DNA from: Minisyncoccota bacterium
Lineage (GTDB): Bacteria > Patescibacteriota > Minisyncoccia > 2-02-FULL-40-12 > IGHO2-01-FULL-4-A
Length of the DNA stretch: 62,164 nucleotides
Direction of reading: 5' to 3'
Assembly: GCA_036517175.1 (NCBI GenBank)
Contig: DATDXQ010000002.1
Coordinates: 1 to 62,164, forward strand
Shown here: positions 26,822-37,069 of the stretch, piece after piece
How positions within the stretch are numbered: position 1 is the stretch's first letter
How the letters are laid out: every line of letters starts with the position of its first letter
Position numbers and translations under genes: made by a program
The notes under the pieces: generated by a model
Databases searched by the model: none
The model's input: the letters and a program-made list of their open reading frames with translations, nothing else
Told to the model about the DNA's origin: nothing

Positions 26822-27564
26822 TAGTTCTTGCTTATTTTTTTATTTACATACAGCTGCTCAAGTATGGAAAATACTGTGGCTGCAACCCAATAAAGAGTTA
26901 GTCCGGCTGGTAAATTCCAAGCAATAATTATAACCATGACTGGGAAAAAATACAACATTTGCTTATTCATCGTTGAAGAGATGTCGCTTGAAGGCAAGGT
27001 GTTTTTGTTCTTATTGACAGGGAGAGTCTCTTTGCTTTGGCCTTGTTGCATCGTGTTTGATTTTTTAAGCTGAAACCATTGTAATGCTCCGGCTAAAATT
27101 GCCATAACATGACTCTTGTCACTCAAATCTATAAATCCCAACGCAACTGTTTTAATAAGCTCTGGCCTTGAGATAAAATAATACAAATCGTTCAAACTCT
27201 CGGGCTTAAGTCCATTTCTTAAGGCTCCATAGAGTGCGATAAGTACGGGGAGTTGTATCAAAATAGGGAGACACCCACTAAATGGATTAATGCTATGCTC
27301 CTTGTATAGTTGCATAGTTGCTTGACCCAAGGCTTGTTTGTCATTTTTAAATTTTTCTTGTAACTCCTTAATCTTGGGTTGTAGTTTTGTAAGCTCTTTT
27401 TGTGATACTAATGCTTTTATCGATAGCGGGAAAAAAGCCAATCTGATAATAAGTGTCATAATAATTATAGCAACACCAAAATCAGCACCCGGAACCAGAT
27501 TGTATATTTGTATTAGAAGATTAAATAACGGCCTATATAGAATTTCGTGGTATAAAAATCCCAA
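26821..27564 (-). CDS. yidC: Membrane protein insertase YidC
   Basis: Conserved ..HSINPFSGCLPILIQLPVLIALY.. and synteny with yidD-rnpA-rpmH. Confidence 0.85.
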   Translation of the reverse strand: MGFLYHEILYRPLFNLLIQIYNLVPGADFGVAIIIMTLIIRLAFFPLSIKALVSQKELTKLQPKIKELQEKFKNDKQALGQATMQLYKEHSINPFSGCLPILIQLPVLIALYGALRNGLKPESLNDLYYFISRPELIKTVALGFIDLSDKSHVMAILAGALQWFQLKKSNTMQQGQSKETLPVNKNKNTLPSSDISSTMNKQMLYFFPVMVIIIAWNLPAGLTLYWVAATVFSILEQLYVNKKISKN

Positions 27565-27632
27565 AATTATTACTTAGCACTTAACAACCAGAGTTTAGTA
27601 TTAGCTAAACACTAGCTCCTAAGTCCCAAAAA

Positions 27633-27866
27633 CTAGACTGGATCTACTCCTCCCTTAGAAAATGGATTACATCTTAATATTCTTATAAAACTTTTTGCGA
27701 CACCTTTCATCGTACCAAATTTTTCTATGGACTCGTAGGAATATTGAGAGCATGATGGATAAAACCTACAACGAATAGTCGAATTTGAGTTTGCAAAAAT
27801 AAATCCGTGGTCAGGTGATAGATATTTTTGATATATTTTTATGATTCTAAGTATAGTTTGGCGCAT
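27633..27866 (-). CDS. yidD: Membrane protein insertion efficiency factor YidD
   Basis: ..[29 protein letters not shown]. Confidence 0.8.
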   Translation of the reverse strand: MRQTILRIIKIYQKYLSPDHGFIFANSNSTIRCRFYPSCSQYSYESIEKFGTMKGVAKSFIRILRCNPFSKGGVDPV

Positions 27867-27868
27867 AT

Positions 27869-28207
27869 TCAGATATGGACAAAAAAATTTTTAATTGTTT
27901 GTTCTAATTCTCTATTGATTTCTTTAGAGGTCTTGCCTAGGATACTAGGGGTAGCAACTATAATAATATCAACAGGTGATTCTAGAATTTTATTTGCAGA
28001 CATTGTTTCTAAAAAAATCTTTTTAGTTTTGTTTCTTGAAACTGCTTTTTTTAAAACCTTTGAAGACACTATTGCGGCAGCTCGGCCATGGCTTAGTCCG
28101 TTGTTTATAAACTTAAGAAATAAAAAACTGCTTTTTACAGTTTTTCCTTTCTTAAAAACATTTTCAAGACTTTTTTTGTCTAGTCTATATTTTCTAGCAA
28201 GAGCCAA
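27869..28207 (-). CDS. rnpA: Ribonuclease P protein component
   Basis: Size, basic composition and synteny between rpmH and yidD. Confidence 0.7.
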   Translation of the reverse strand: MALARKYRLDKKSLENVFKKGKTVKSSFLFLKFINNGLSHGRAAAIVSSKVLKKAVSRNKTKKIFLETMSANKILESPVDIIIVATPSILGKTSKEINRELEQTIKNFFVHI

Positions 28208-28283
28208 ATTTAAGGCTTAAGGCTTAGTTCTTATAACTTAAGGTTTACTCAACCATTTAAGTATTAACAACTAAGCCTTAGAA

Positions 28284-28421
28284 CTAGACAGACAGCTTCT
28301 TTCTACCTTTTCTTCGTCTACGAGAAAGAACCTTGCTGCCATTATTAGAACCGGAACGAACCAGAAAACCATGTGTCTTCTTTCTTTTTCTTTTTTTAGG
28401 ACGATATAATGTTATTTTCAT
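28284..28421 (-). CDS. rpmH: 50S ribosomal protein L34
   Basis: Not in the ORF track (45 aa). Hand translation gives [45 protein letters not shown]. Confidence 0.85.
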   Translation of the reverse strand: MKITLYRPKKRKRKKTHGFLVRSGSNNGSKVLSRRRRKGRKKLSV

Positions 28422-28570
28422 ATGGCACTAATCTTACCAATTTATAGCCCAGTGGTCAATCTTACTAATACTTTGTCTAATGTCCACTTTTTATTAACAT
28501 GTTGTCAACGAATAGGGTACTGGGGTGTTTTTTTAGTTAGCTTATACTTAAAAGTATTAATCACTAATTT

Positions 28571-29935
28571 ATGACCAACGAAGAACTTTGGAAGATAGTC
28601 TTAGCCGAACTTGAAGTTTCTCTTTCGAGAGCAAATTTTACTACTTGGTTTAAAGGTACCTCTTTATTAGCCAACTCAAGCGGCTCTGTTTTGGTAAGCG
28701 TACCCAGTGGTTTTGTAAAAGAATGGTTAGAAAACAAGTTTAGTAGGCAAATATTACAGATATTACGAGGTGTAAGTCCAGAAATAAGGGATGTGAAATA
28801 TACTGTAGGTAATTCTCGGGTTGCCATCCTTTCTCAAAGAAAAGACTTTATTCAATTTATGCCTGAAAAAATAAGTGACTCTGTTCAAGATACAGATGTT
28901 GATAGGGTTACTAATTTAAATAAAAAATATACTTTTAAATCCTTTGTTGTGGGTACTAGCAGTGAGCTAGCTCATGCTGCCAGCGTCGCTGTTTGTAAAA
29001 ATCTAGGAAGGGTATACAACCCACTGTTTATCTATGGTGGTGTTGGCTTGGGTAAAACACACCTTCTACAAGCCACTGGTAATCACATCTTAGAGTCTTT
29101 TCCTGAAAAAAAGGTTCTTTATATATCTTCTGAAAGATTAACTTCTGAAATTGTTGAGTCTATAAAAAACAAAACCATAGAGGAGATGAAACAGAAGTAT
29201 GCAAAGTTGGACTTATTAATAATAGATGATATTCAATTCATAGCTGGCAAAGAAAGAACTCAGGATATATTTTTTGGAACATTTAACGAGCTCTACGGTA
29301 AAAACAAACAGATAATACTCTCTTCTGATAGGCCTCCGAGCGCAATTCCTGCCCTAGAAGAGCGCCTAAGATCTAGATTTGAGGGTGGCATGATAGCCGA
29401 CGTAGGAATACCTGATTATGAAACTCGTTTGGCTATACTAAACACTAAGTGCAAGGAGAAGGATTTTGAAATCGATCAAAACTCTCTATCTTATATAGCC
29501 ACTAATATACAAAAAAATATAAGGGAATTAGAGGGTGCACTCAATAGAATTATTGCGTTCAGTCAAATATACAACAAGACACCCGATTTTAATGAAGTTA
29601 AGAAACTTCTAACAGCTTATTTAAACACTCCCTATAAAAAAACTACCCATCAGACGATCCTAAAGTCAGTAGCTGATTTTTATAATATATCTATAAATGA
29701 TTTAATTAAAAGGAGTAGAAAAAAAGAAGTGGTACGTCCAAGGCAAATAGCTATGTTTTTACTTAGAGAAGAAACTAAATCTTCTTTTCCTGAAATAGGT
29801 TCTAAATTGGGTGGCAGAGATCACTCCACAGTAATACATGCTTATGAAAAAATTAAAAAAGAGGAGACTGGTGATGAGACAACTAAACAAGAAATAACTT
29901 TAATTAAGGAGAGGCTTTACCAGACATTTACTTAG
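28571..29935 (+). CDS. dnaA: Chromosomal replication initiator DnaA
   Basis: Walker A GGVGLGKTHLL, ..LLIDDIQF.., and the C-terminal DNA-binding ..GGRDHSTVIHA. Confidence 0.9.
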   Translation: MTNEELWKIVLAELEVSLSRANFTTWFKGTSLLANSSGSVLVSVPSGFVKEWLENKFSRQILQILRGVSPEIRDVKYTVGNSRVAILSQRKDFIQFMPEKISDSVQDTDVDRVTNLNKKYTFKSFVVGTSSELAHAASVAVCKNLGRVYNPLFIYGGVGLGKTHLLQATGNHILESFPEKKVLYISSERLTSEIVESIKNKTIEEMKQKYAKLDLLIIDDIQFIAGKERTQDIFFGTFNELYGKNKQIILSSDRPPSAIPALEERLRSRFEGGMIADVGIPDYETRLAILNTKCKEKDFEIDQNSLSYIATNIQKNIRELEGALNRIIAFSQIYNKTPDFNEVKKLLTAYLNTPYKKTTHQTILKSVADFYNISINDLIKRSRKKEVVRPRQIAMFLLREETKSSFPEIGSKLGGRDHSTVIHAYEKIKKEETGDETTKQEITLIKERLYQTFT

Positions 29936-30184
29936 TTTTATTTCTGTGAATATTTTGTTGAGATCTTTGTTAATAGCTTTGGTATTATTTGTTGATGTAC
30001 TATTGATTAATCAGTCATGATTCTTATATAAATTATTCTCAACAATTTTAACCAGATATAGTACACTGACTTATATATATGTTATTAACAGCATTTTATA
30101 GCAAAATTACCTTATAAAATAAAGATTTTATTTCGTGTGTTAAGAGTTATACACATAACTAATAATAAGTAATAATTTAATTAT
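29936..30184. other. Candidate oriC / DNA-unwinding region (dnaA-dnaN spacer)
   Basis: A very AT-rich 249-bp spacer in the classical rpmH/dnaA/dnaN context. It has only degenerate DnaA boxes (for example TTATACACA at 30147-30155). Confidence 0.4.
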
Positions 30185-31276
30185 ATGAATATAATTATAA
30201 ATCATAATAAGCTTCTGTCTGGAATTAAATTTGTTGAAAGAATAGTTTCTAAGAATACTTCCTTACCTATCCTTAATTCGATACTTATAAAAACAGAAGG
30301 AGGTCGTATTAAGTTATCTGCTACAAATCTGGAAGTTGGTATAAATTTTTGGGTAGGAGCAAAAATAGAAGAGAGTGGTGAAATCGCTGTTCCTGCAAAA
30401 ATATTTCATGATTTTTTGAATAATATTTCAGATGAAAAAATAAACCTAAGTGTTAAGAAAAATGTAATATCAATAAATACAAATAATCATAAAACCCAGA
30501 TTTTAGGCATGGAAACAAACGATTTTCCAATAATACCTAAAATAAAAAGTAATTCAGCTATAAAAATTAACAGTAAAATATTTAAGGATGGACTAATGGG
30601 TGTTCTTGATTCTGTGTCATTGTCTGAAATAAGACCAGAACTAAGTGGTGTATTTGTATGTATTAAAGAAAATAATATAGAATTTGCAGCTACAGATAGT
30701 TTCAGGTTGTCAGAAAAAATAATCAATTCAAAAAACCCAATAATAAAGTCATTTATATTACCCAGAAACACAGCTGTTGAACTAATAAGGTTAATGGAAT
30801 CTCAAGAAGGAGAAATTTCCTTGCTTGTAAATGATAATCAAATAATGTTCTCGGGTGAAGATTTTGAGATTGTATCCAGACTTATAGATGGTCACTATCC
30901 AGAGTATAAAAGAGTTATTCCTGAAAAGTTTATATCTTTAACTAAGGTTAATAGGAGTGATTTAGAAAAAAATGTTAGAGTTTCGGGTTTGTTTGCATCC
31001 ACAATATCTGATATTAAAATTAAAACAACAAAAGACAATATGGAGATAATTGCTAAAAACAATGATAGGGGAGAAATAGTAACCAACCTACCATGTGAAA
31101 CCAAAAATCAAGGTTTTGAGGTATCTGTTAACTATAACTACATACTAGATGGACTAAAAATATTGCCTGGAGAAAATATTATATTCCAGTTTAGTGGAGA
31201 CGGTAGTCCGCTGGTTATGTTGGCGGAAAATAACAAGGACACAACATATGTTATTATGCCCCTTAGACAAACATAA
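30185..31276 (+). CDS. dnaN: DNA polymerase III beta sliding clamp
   Basis: Synteny after dnaA, 363 aa, ..ATDSFRLSE.. and C-terminal ..MPLRQ. Confidence 0.9.
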   Translation: MNIIINHNKLLSGIKFVERIVSKNTSLPILNSILIKTEGGRIKLSATNLEVGINFWVGAKIEESGEIAVPAKIFHDFLNNISDEKINLSVKKNVISINTNNHKTQILGMETNDFPIIPKIKSNSAIKINSKIFKDGLMGVLDSVSLSEIRPELSGVFVCIKENNIEFAATDSFRLSEKIINSKNPIIKSFILPRNTAVELIRLMESQEGEISLLVNDNQIMFSGEDFEIVSRLIDGHYPEYKRVIPEKFISLTKVNRSDLEKNVRVSGLFASTISDIKIKTTKDNMEIIAKNNDRGEIVTNLPCETKNQGFEVSVNYNYILDGLKILPGENIIFQFSGDGSPLVMLAENNKDTTYVIMPLRQT

Positions 31277-31287
31277 TAAACTCTTAA

Positions 31288-31566
31288 ATGCAGGAAATAG
31301 TTATAGGTTTAAAAAAAATAAAAAACCAGATATCTCTTAAACGAAAAGAAGATGAAAAGATACGAGAACTTTTAAAAAAAGGATTAGCCATTGTTTTTCC
31401 TGAAGTAGATAATCTGGAACAATTTATTAAGGATTTTTATATAGAAAAAAAATGCTTATTTTTTTTAACAAAAAACAAATCTTTTGCAAGTGAACTTTTT
31501 TTAAGAAAAAATGAAATTATTAAGATTTTGGGGAGTAATTTAGTTAAAGAAATAAGGATAAAATAA
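31288..31566 (+). CDS. DUF721-like small protein (DciA-like position)
   Basis: ..LFFLTKNKSFASELFLRKNEIIKIL.. resembles the DUF721 core. It lies directly after dnaN. Confidence 0.45.
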   Translation: MQEIVIGLKKIKNQISLKRKEDEKIRELLKKGLAIVFPEVDNLEQFIKDFYIEKKCLFFLTKNKSFASELFLRKNEIIKILGSNLVKEIRIK

Positions 31567-33729
31567 TTAAGGAGTTGGAGAGGATGAGGGTTCGTTATTT
31601 GGTTTGGGTAAAAGACTAGATAACCAAACTTGAACAGATGCTTCCCAGTTTGCAAACTGAGGATCACTGTATGGATTTGAAGGTTGCGAACCATTGGGAG
31701 AATCCTTATCTACATAAAAAAGAATACTATGGACACCTTCATTGCCTTGAAAACTGCCATTTAACATTATTTTATTGGTTAATACTGGATCTGGTTTTTG
31801 GAATTGTTCCGATGTTTGCGAACCCAATGCTCTGGCCATAAATTCATGCCACATAGGTGCGGCAGCTGATAGTCCTGCGCCCTCTTGGGTCATAGAGGTG
31901 TTGTTGTTGTTTCCGGTCCAAATTCCGGAAACAAGAGATGGTGTGTAACCAACAAGCCAACCATCTCTGTTTTCTTGGGTCGTACCAGTTTTTGCAGCCA
32001 CTTGTCTTTCTGGAAAATAGAGGGGGCTATTATATCCGAAAACTGGCCCCCGAGCATTATTATCAGACAAAACATCGTTTATTAATCTGGCAACTTGTGT
32101 TTCTAAAACACGACCCTCTTCTTTTTTGTATTCTTCCAAAACGGAACCATCGGATGACGTTACTTTTATCAAAAAACTAGGCTTAACAAAAACCCCATCG
32201 TTAGCGAATGTGCTATAAGAACTTACCATATCCAATAATTTTACCTCGCCTCCACCCAAAACAAGTGATAAGCCATAGTCTGATCGCTCATTAAGAGTTG
32301 TGATACCCATTTTGTGAGCTAGATCTATGGTTTCGTCTATTCCTGCCAAGTAAAGCATTTTAACAGAAGGAATGTTTAAGGATTGTGCAAGAGATTGTCG
32401 GGCCGTTACTGTACCATGGAAACGCCCGTCGTAGTTTTGTGGACTATAACAATCCAGACCTATGTCATCTTTTTTCTGCAACGCTGAGGGATTGCAGCGA
32501 GGATTGAACTCAGTTGGTAGATCAAAAAGAATAGTTGAATCCGTAAAACCTTTGTTAAAAGCGGCTGCATATGCAAATGGTTTAAAAGAAGATCCTGGTT
32601 GGCGATTGGCCGAAGCAACATTAAAATTTCCTTCAAACACACAATTTATACCAGGTGTACAACCTGCGGGCTCAGGTTCTCCAAAGTAGTTTTTAGAGCC
32701 AACCAAAGCTACTATTTGACCTGTTTTGGGATCTGACGCAACCAAAGCAGCGTTGGCTGCTTTATATTTTTCTGTATTTATCTTGCTATATTTTTCAACA
32801 ACCTCCTCGGCTATTTTTTGAAAATTAGCATCCAGTGTTGTAATAACATTTAAACCACCATTTTCTACCATATCTTCGCCATAATTTTTAATAAGGTATT
32901 CTTTGACCATAATTACGAAATGAGGAGCTTGGATCTGTTCTCTAGAGGGTTTTATGTCCGGAATATCACTAACGGCAGTCTTGTACTCATCATCTGTCAA
33001 AATTCCAACACTGTGCATTTTTTCGAGAAGGCCATCTCTTCTGGCTATCAATTCAGTGAAATGGTTTCCGTAAGGGGAGTAATAACTAGGAGCCTTAGGA
33101 ACTGAAGCTAAAAGAGAGGCTTCAGACCAATTTAAATCTTTTGCGGGTTTGCCAAAAAAAGTCTGACTGGCGGCTTCTATGCCATAAGAATTTGATCCAT
33201 AAGGAATTTGGTTAAGGTACATCCAAAATATCTGATCTTTCGAGAACTTACGCTCAACTTGAACAGAGAGCACAGCTTCCTTAATCTTTCTACCCAGAGT
33301 TTTTTCGTCGTTTAAGAGTGCCTTTTTTATTAACTGTTGTGTTATTGTAGAACCACCTTGTGATGCGCTGAAACTCACGATGTCTTTGTAAAAAGCTCTG
33401 AGAATGCCTTTAAGATCTATGCCGCTATGTTCATAAAATCCGGCATCTTCTGAAATTAGAGTAGATTTCTTAATTGTTTCTGGTATTTGTTCCCAGGGTA
33501 TTATTGTTCTCTTTTCTTCGCCGTGTATGTCGTACAACAAAACTTCGCCGGTCTTATCGTATATCTTCGTGGACTCACTAACTCTACGGGCGGCTATTGC
33601 TGAAGGATCTGGTATCTGGCCAGCATAATATAAGAAAATAACAACAAAAAAAGCCAGGACTAGGACGGCCAGGGTTAGTGTTGTCATTAGTATCCTCTTG
33701 AAAAAACTAGGTTTTGTCTTACGAGACAT
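31567..33729 (-). CDS. Class A penicillin-binding protein (glycosyltransferase + transpeptidase)
   Basis: GT51 motifs EDAGFYEHSGID and RKIKEA. Transpeptidase motifs SSFKP, SLN and KTGT. Confidence 0.85.
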   Translation of the reverse strand: MSRKTKPSFFKRILMTTLTLAVLVLAFFVVIFLYYAGQIPDPSAIAARRVSESTKIYDKTGEVLLYDIHGEEKRTIIPWEQIPETIKKSTLISEDAGFYEHSGIDLKGILRAFYKDIVSFSASQGGSTITQQLIKKALLNDEKTLGRKIKEAVLSVQVERKFSKDQIFWMYLNQIPYGSNSYGIEAASQTFFGKPAKDLNWSEASLLASVPKAPSYYSPYGNHFTELIARRDGLLEKMHSVGILTDDEYKTAVSDIPDIKPSREQIQAPHFVIMVKEYLIKNYGEDMVENGGLNVITTLDANFQKIAEEVVEKYSKINTEKYKAANAALVASDPKTGQIVALVGSKNYFGEPEPAGCTPGINCVFEGNFNVASANRQPGSSFKPFAYAAAFNKGFTDSTILFDLPTEFNPRCNPSALQKKDDIGLDCYSPQNYDGRFHGTVTARQSLAQSLNIPSVKMLYLAGIDETIDLAHKMGITTLNERSDYGLSLVLGGGEVKLLDMVSSYSTFANDGVFVKPSFLIKVTSSDGSVLEEYKKEEGRVLETQVARLINDVLSDNNARGPVFGYNSPLYFPERQVAAKTGTTQENRDGWLVGYTPSLVSGIWTGNNNNTSMTQEGAGLSAAAPMWHEFMARALGSQTSEQFQKPDPVLTNKIMLNGSFQGNEGVHSILFYVDKDSPNGSQPSNPYSDPQFANWEASVQVWLSSLLPKPNNEPSSSPTP

Positions 33730-33866
33730 TATTATTATTGTGACACAATTAACAGTGTTTCACAAGGTGTTAGTCATGAAACAATCTTAGAATAATGTGT
33801 TTTAGCTTAAGTTAAATATAATTTAAGGGTTGGTAAATAGTTAGAAATTGTTTTAGAATTTAATAA

Positions 33867-35060
33867 ATGTCTAAGATTGTTATAGATCGAACCGCAGTAG
33901 AAGAATTTATTAACTCAAGATATATCGAGGCGGTTTTTCCGTCTAAGGACAGAGTTGCAGAAATTATGTCGTCCGGCAAACAGCTAGTTTTTTATTGGGG
34001 GATCGATCCTACAGGACCAGACGTACATCTTGGCCACACAACCAATATTTTTGTAATGAAGAAATTGATTGAACTTGGTCACAAGATAATAATGCTCATA
34101 GGCAGCTTCACAGCCATGATAGGTGACCCTACAGGCAAGGATACGGCTCGCAAGGTGCTTACAAACAAAGAAGTTAAAGAAAACATGAGTACATATATAA
34201 ACCAAGTGCAGAAGATATTACCTAAGGGATCTTTTGACGTTAAATACAATTCTGATTGGTATAAAAAAATGGCTACCGAGGAATTCTTAAAATTAACCGA
34301 CCACATTACTGTTCAACAAATGATCGCAAGGGACATGTTCCAGAAGAGAATTAAAGAAGACAAACCGATTTCCTTGCGTGAATTCATGTATCCGTTGTTG
34401 CAAGGATATGACTCTGTGGCTATGAAAGTGGATGGAGAAGTGGGTGGTAATGATCAGACATTTAATATGATGGTTGGGAGAGATTTGGCCAAGGTTATGC
34501 TTAATAAAGATAAAATTGTAATTGCGACCCGACTTCTAGAGGATCCTGTTACCGCTAGAAAAATAATGAGTAAAAGTGAAGGACAGTACATCTCACTCAA
34601 TGACTCGGCCATGGATATGTTTGGTAAAACAATGGCTTTACCGGATTCAGCTATACTAACTTTGTTTAGATATGCAACGGAATTGCCTGAAAATAGTATT
34701 GGTGAAATTAAAAAAAGATTGGACAACGGAGAGAACCCCAAGAATATTAAAGAAGAGTTAGCCTTCGAATTAGTAAAAATGTATCACAAAGAGAAAGAGG
34801 CATTAAAAGCAAAAAAAGATTTTGATAATGTTTTTTCAGAGGGGCAAACACCTGAAAATATGCCCGATATTAAGAGTCTGGGTAATATCCTGGAAACAGC
34901 GGTTTCTGCTGGTATAGTTCTTTCTTCTTCAGAGATGAAGAGATTGGTAGAGCAAGGGGCTGTGAGGATTAACAACCAAGTTGTAGAGCGCTGGGATTAT
35001 GAAGATAAACCAGGTGATGTATTAAAAGTCGGCTCACATAAATTTTATAAACTAAAATAA
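33867..35060 (+). CDS. tyrS: Tyrosyl-tRNA synthetase
   Basis: HIGH-type HLGH, KMSKS-type IMSKS, and a C-terminal S4-like domain. Confidence 0.8.
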   Translation: MSKIVIDRTAVEEFINSRYIEAVFPSKDRVAEIMSSGKQLVFYWGIDPTGPDVHLGHTTNIFVMKKLIELGHKIIMLIGSFTAMIGDPTGKDTARKVLTNKEVKENMSTYINQVQKILPKGSFDVKYNSDWYKKMATEEFLKLTDHITVQQMIARDMFQKRIKEDKPISLREFMYPLLQGYDSVAMKVDGEVGGNDQTFNMMVGRDLAKVMLNKDKIVIATRLLEDPVTARKIMSKSEGQYISLNDSAMDMFGKTMALPDSAILTLFRYATELPENSIGEIKKRLDNGENPKNIKEELAFELVKMYHKEKEALKAKKDFDNVFSEGQTPENMPDIKSLGNILETAVSAGIVLSSSEMKRLVEQGAVRINNQVVERWDYEDKPGDVLKVGSHKFYKLK

Positions 35061-35063
35061 AAT

Positions 35064-35092
35064 ACGTCCGCCAACTGGCGGACGTATTTTAT
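35064..35092 (+). terminator. Intrinsic terminator after tyrS
   Basis: ACGTCCGCC-AACT-GGCGGACGT followed by ATTTTATTT. Confidence 0.7.
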
Positions 35093-35312
35093 TTAGGCTA
35101 TTTTATTCAGCTGATTCCTCCTCTTCTTCCTTGTCCTCACCTTCAATTGAGGCAAGTTCTTTATCAGTTTCTTCAAGCTCGTCTTCCTCTATCATAGAGT
35201 ATTTGTATTCATTTTCCGACATATGATTTAAGCAGGTTTTGGTCTGGTCGAATCTCCGGTTTCCGGCCATACGTATCCAGTTAAAAACCTAATTATTAAT
35301 CAAATCTATTGG

Positions 35313-35786
35313 TCAATATTCTATACTATTACCACAACAAATTGCAATAGCCAGAGCATCTGCAGCATCGTCAGGTTGTGGGACTTCTTTTAGTTCGAGT
35401 ATCATTTTAACCATTTTTTGAACCTGTTGTTTGTCCGCTCGCCCATAGCTTGATACAGCTTGTTTTACCTGAAGCGGAGTGAACTCTCGGATTTCAATAC
35501 CGTTTTTTGCCGCAGCATACATAAGAACACCACGAATCTCACTAACCTTAATAACAGTTTTGGCGTTTTTAAAAAAGAACAGGCTTTCTAAACCGACTTT
35601 TTCTGGCCTATACTTCTTAATTATTTTATCGAAAAAATTGTAAATATCAACAACCCTTTCAGTGTTCGGTATTCCTGACTTTGTTCTAAAATCCCCATAA
35701 TCAACTGACCGGTATTTTTTACCTTCAATATCTATTACGCCATAACCTATTAATGAAGTGCCAGGATCTATGCCAAGAATTCTCAT
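35313..35786 (-). CDS. ruvC: Holliday junction resolvase RuvC
   Basis: MRILGIDPG.. and the C-terminal ..DAADALAIA. Confidence 0.85.
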   Translation of the reverse strand: MRILGIDPGTSLIGYGVIDIEGKKYRSVDYGDFRTKSGIPNTERVVDIYNFFDKIIKKYRPEKVGLESLFFFKNAKTVIKVSEIRGVLMYAAAKNGIEIREFTPLQVKQAVSSYGRADKQQVQKMVKMILELKEVPQPDDAADALAIAICCGNSIEY

Positions 35787-36307
35787 GGTAAGTTAGTGTA
35801 TACATTCTCTACGTCCTCATTATCACGCAGGATCTCTACTAGAGAATTTAATTTATTATGTATTTCTTGGTCGGTTATATTAATTGGTGAGATTGGATTT
35901 TTTTCTGAAGAAAACATCCAGTTAAGAGATCCTTCTGGTACAACCCTGAAACCAGTGTCACTCAAAATATGCTTGATCTCGTTTATAGTCCTATTTTTGT
36001 TATCAGTAATTCCCTCTACTACTAACGCTATGCCACCAGGACCCATTGCTTGGATAACTATCTCATATAGTTCGGTCGCATTTTTATCGGAAGCTCTTAT
36101 AATCGCTCGCTCAATGTTGTCTTTAGGCATATTAACACTGCGCGCCTCTTCTATGACAGACTGCAGTTTATAGTTTGAAGACGGATCTGATCCTTCGCGC
36201 GCGGCGATCAATATTTTTTTAGCCAGTTTACTAAAAACCTGACCCTTTTTTTGGTCACTAACTTCTTTTTTGTGTTTTATTTGGCTCCACTTAGAATGTC
36301 CGGACAT
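35783..36307 (-). CDS. YebC/PmpR-family protein (short, 174 aa)
   Basis: MSGHSKWSQIKHKK.. N-terminus. Confidence 0.8.
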   Translation of the reverse strand: MSGHSKWSQIKHKKEVSDQKKGQVFSKLAKKILIAAREGSDPSSNYKLQSVIEEARSVNMPKDNIERAIIRASDKNATELYEIVIQAMGPGGIALVVEGITDNKNRTINEIKHILSDTGFRVVPEGSLNWMFSSEKNPISPINITDQEIHNKLNSLVEILRDNEDVENVYTNLP

Positions 36308-36309
36308 GT

Positions 36310-37029
36310 TTATTCAATTATTTCCATTTGTAATGCACCAGAGAAATCTTCACTACTGTTTGAGCAGGTCATGTTTATTGTAGCTGTACCTGTCTTTGTG
36401 TTCCAGTTTATTTTCCAAGACCAGTTAATTCCACCAGAATTATCTGAATCTTTAGGCTCAAGACCTTTGGCTGAGGATTGCGAGCCACTTGGTAGGGTAA
36501 CCTTTATTGAACAATGTGTATTTGTGGGAACAGAGATTCCTACTTGTGCTGTCGAGTTTTGTTTAACCGGTGATGTTAAGGAGACCACTGTTATCTGGTT
36601 TTCTTGATTTTGGTTTGGTGTTTGAGTTGGACTTTGTGTTTGAGTTGCTGATGGTGTTGAACTGATTGAAGGGGTTGGAAGTGGAGATATAGTTGAGGTT
36701 GCCGTGGGATGGGGAGTACTTAGGTTTGTGGTTGTCGGTTGAGGAGATAGAGTGTTGCTTGGGGTAAGGGGTGTGTTTGAGGGTGAAGGAGTCAGGACGC
36801 TCAAAAATGAAGGTGTGGGAGTGCCTTGCGGCAGAGATGTAGAAGTAACTGAAGCTATTTTTTTTGAGACGGTGGTCTGGACTTTCTTGGTGTCAGATAA
36901 TTGTTGAACAATTTGGGCATAATTATCTTCTTTATCTGAAACTGATTTAACAGAATTTTTAGAGTTTTCAAATAAAAAAAGCCCGCCCACTGTAAAAGCA
37001 GAGACTATTGCTAGGGTTAAAATTCTCAT
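36310..37029 (-). CDS. Secreted Pro/Thr/Ser-rich hypothetical protein
   Basis: N-terminal signal/TM, a long PT/ST-rich linker and a C-terminal globular part. Confidence 0.5.
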   Translation of the reverse strand: MRILTLAIVSAFTVGGLFLFENSKNSVKSVSDKEDNYAQIVQQLSDTKKVQTTVSKKIASVTSTSLPQGTPTPSFLSVLTPSPSNTPLTPSNTLSPQPTTTNLSTPHPTATSTISPLPTPSISSTPSATQTQSPTQTPNQNQENQITVVSLTSPVKQNSTAQVGISVPTNTHCSIKVTLPSGSQSSAKGLEPKDSDNSGGINWSWKINWNTKTGTATINMTCSNSSEDFSGALQMEIIE

Positions 37030-37069
37030 CCAACCAATATAGCAGGCGAAAACAGGATTGCAATACTTT

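Noticed and set aside
33730-33866. Possible T-box leader upstream of tyrS
   Set aside because: There are only 137 nt of very AT-rich sequence. No specifier/stem I architecture and no conserved T-box sequence are visible.
35103-35222. 39-aa highly acidic minus-strand ORF after the tyrS terminator
   Set aside because: It has no SD or promoter, and its low-complexity acidic sequence could arise by chance. It is not supportable from sequence alone.
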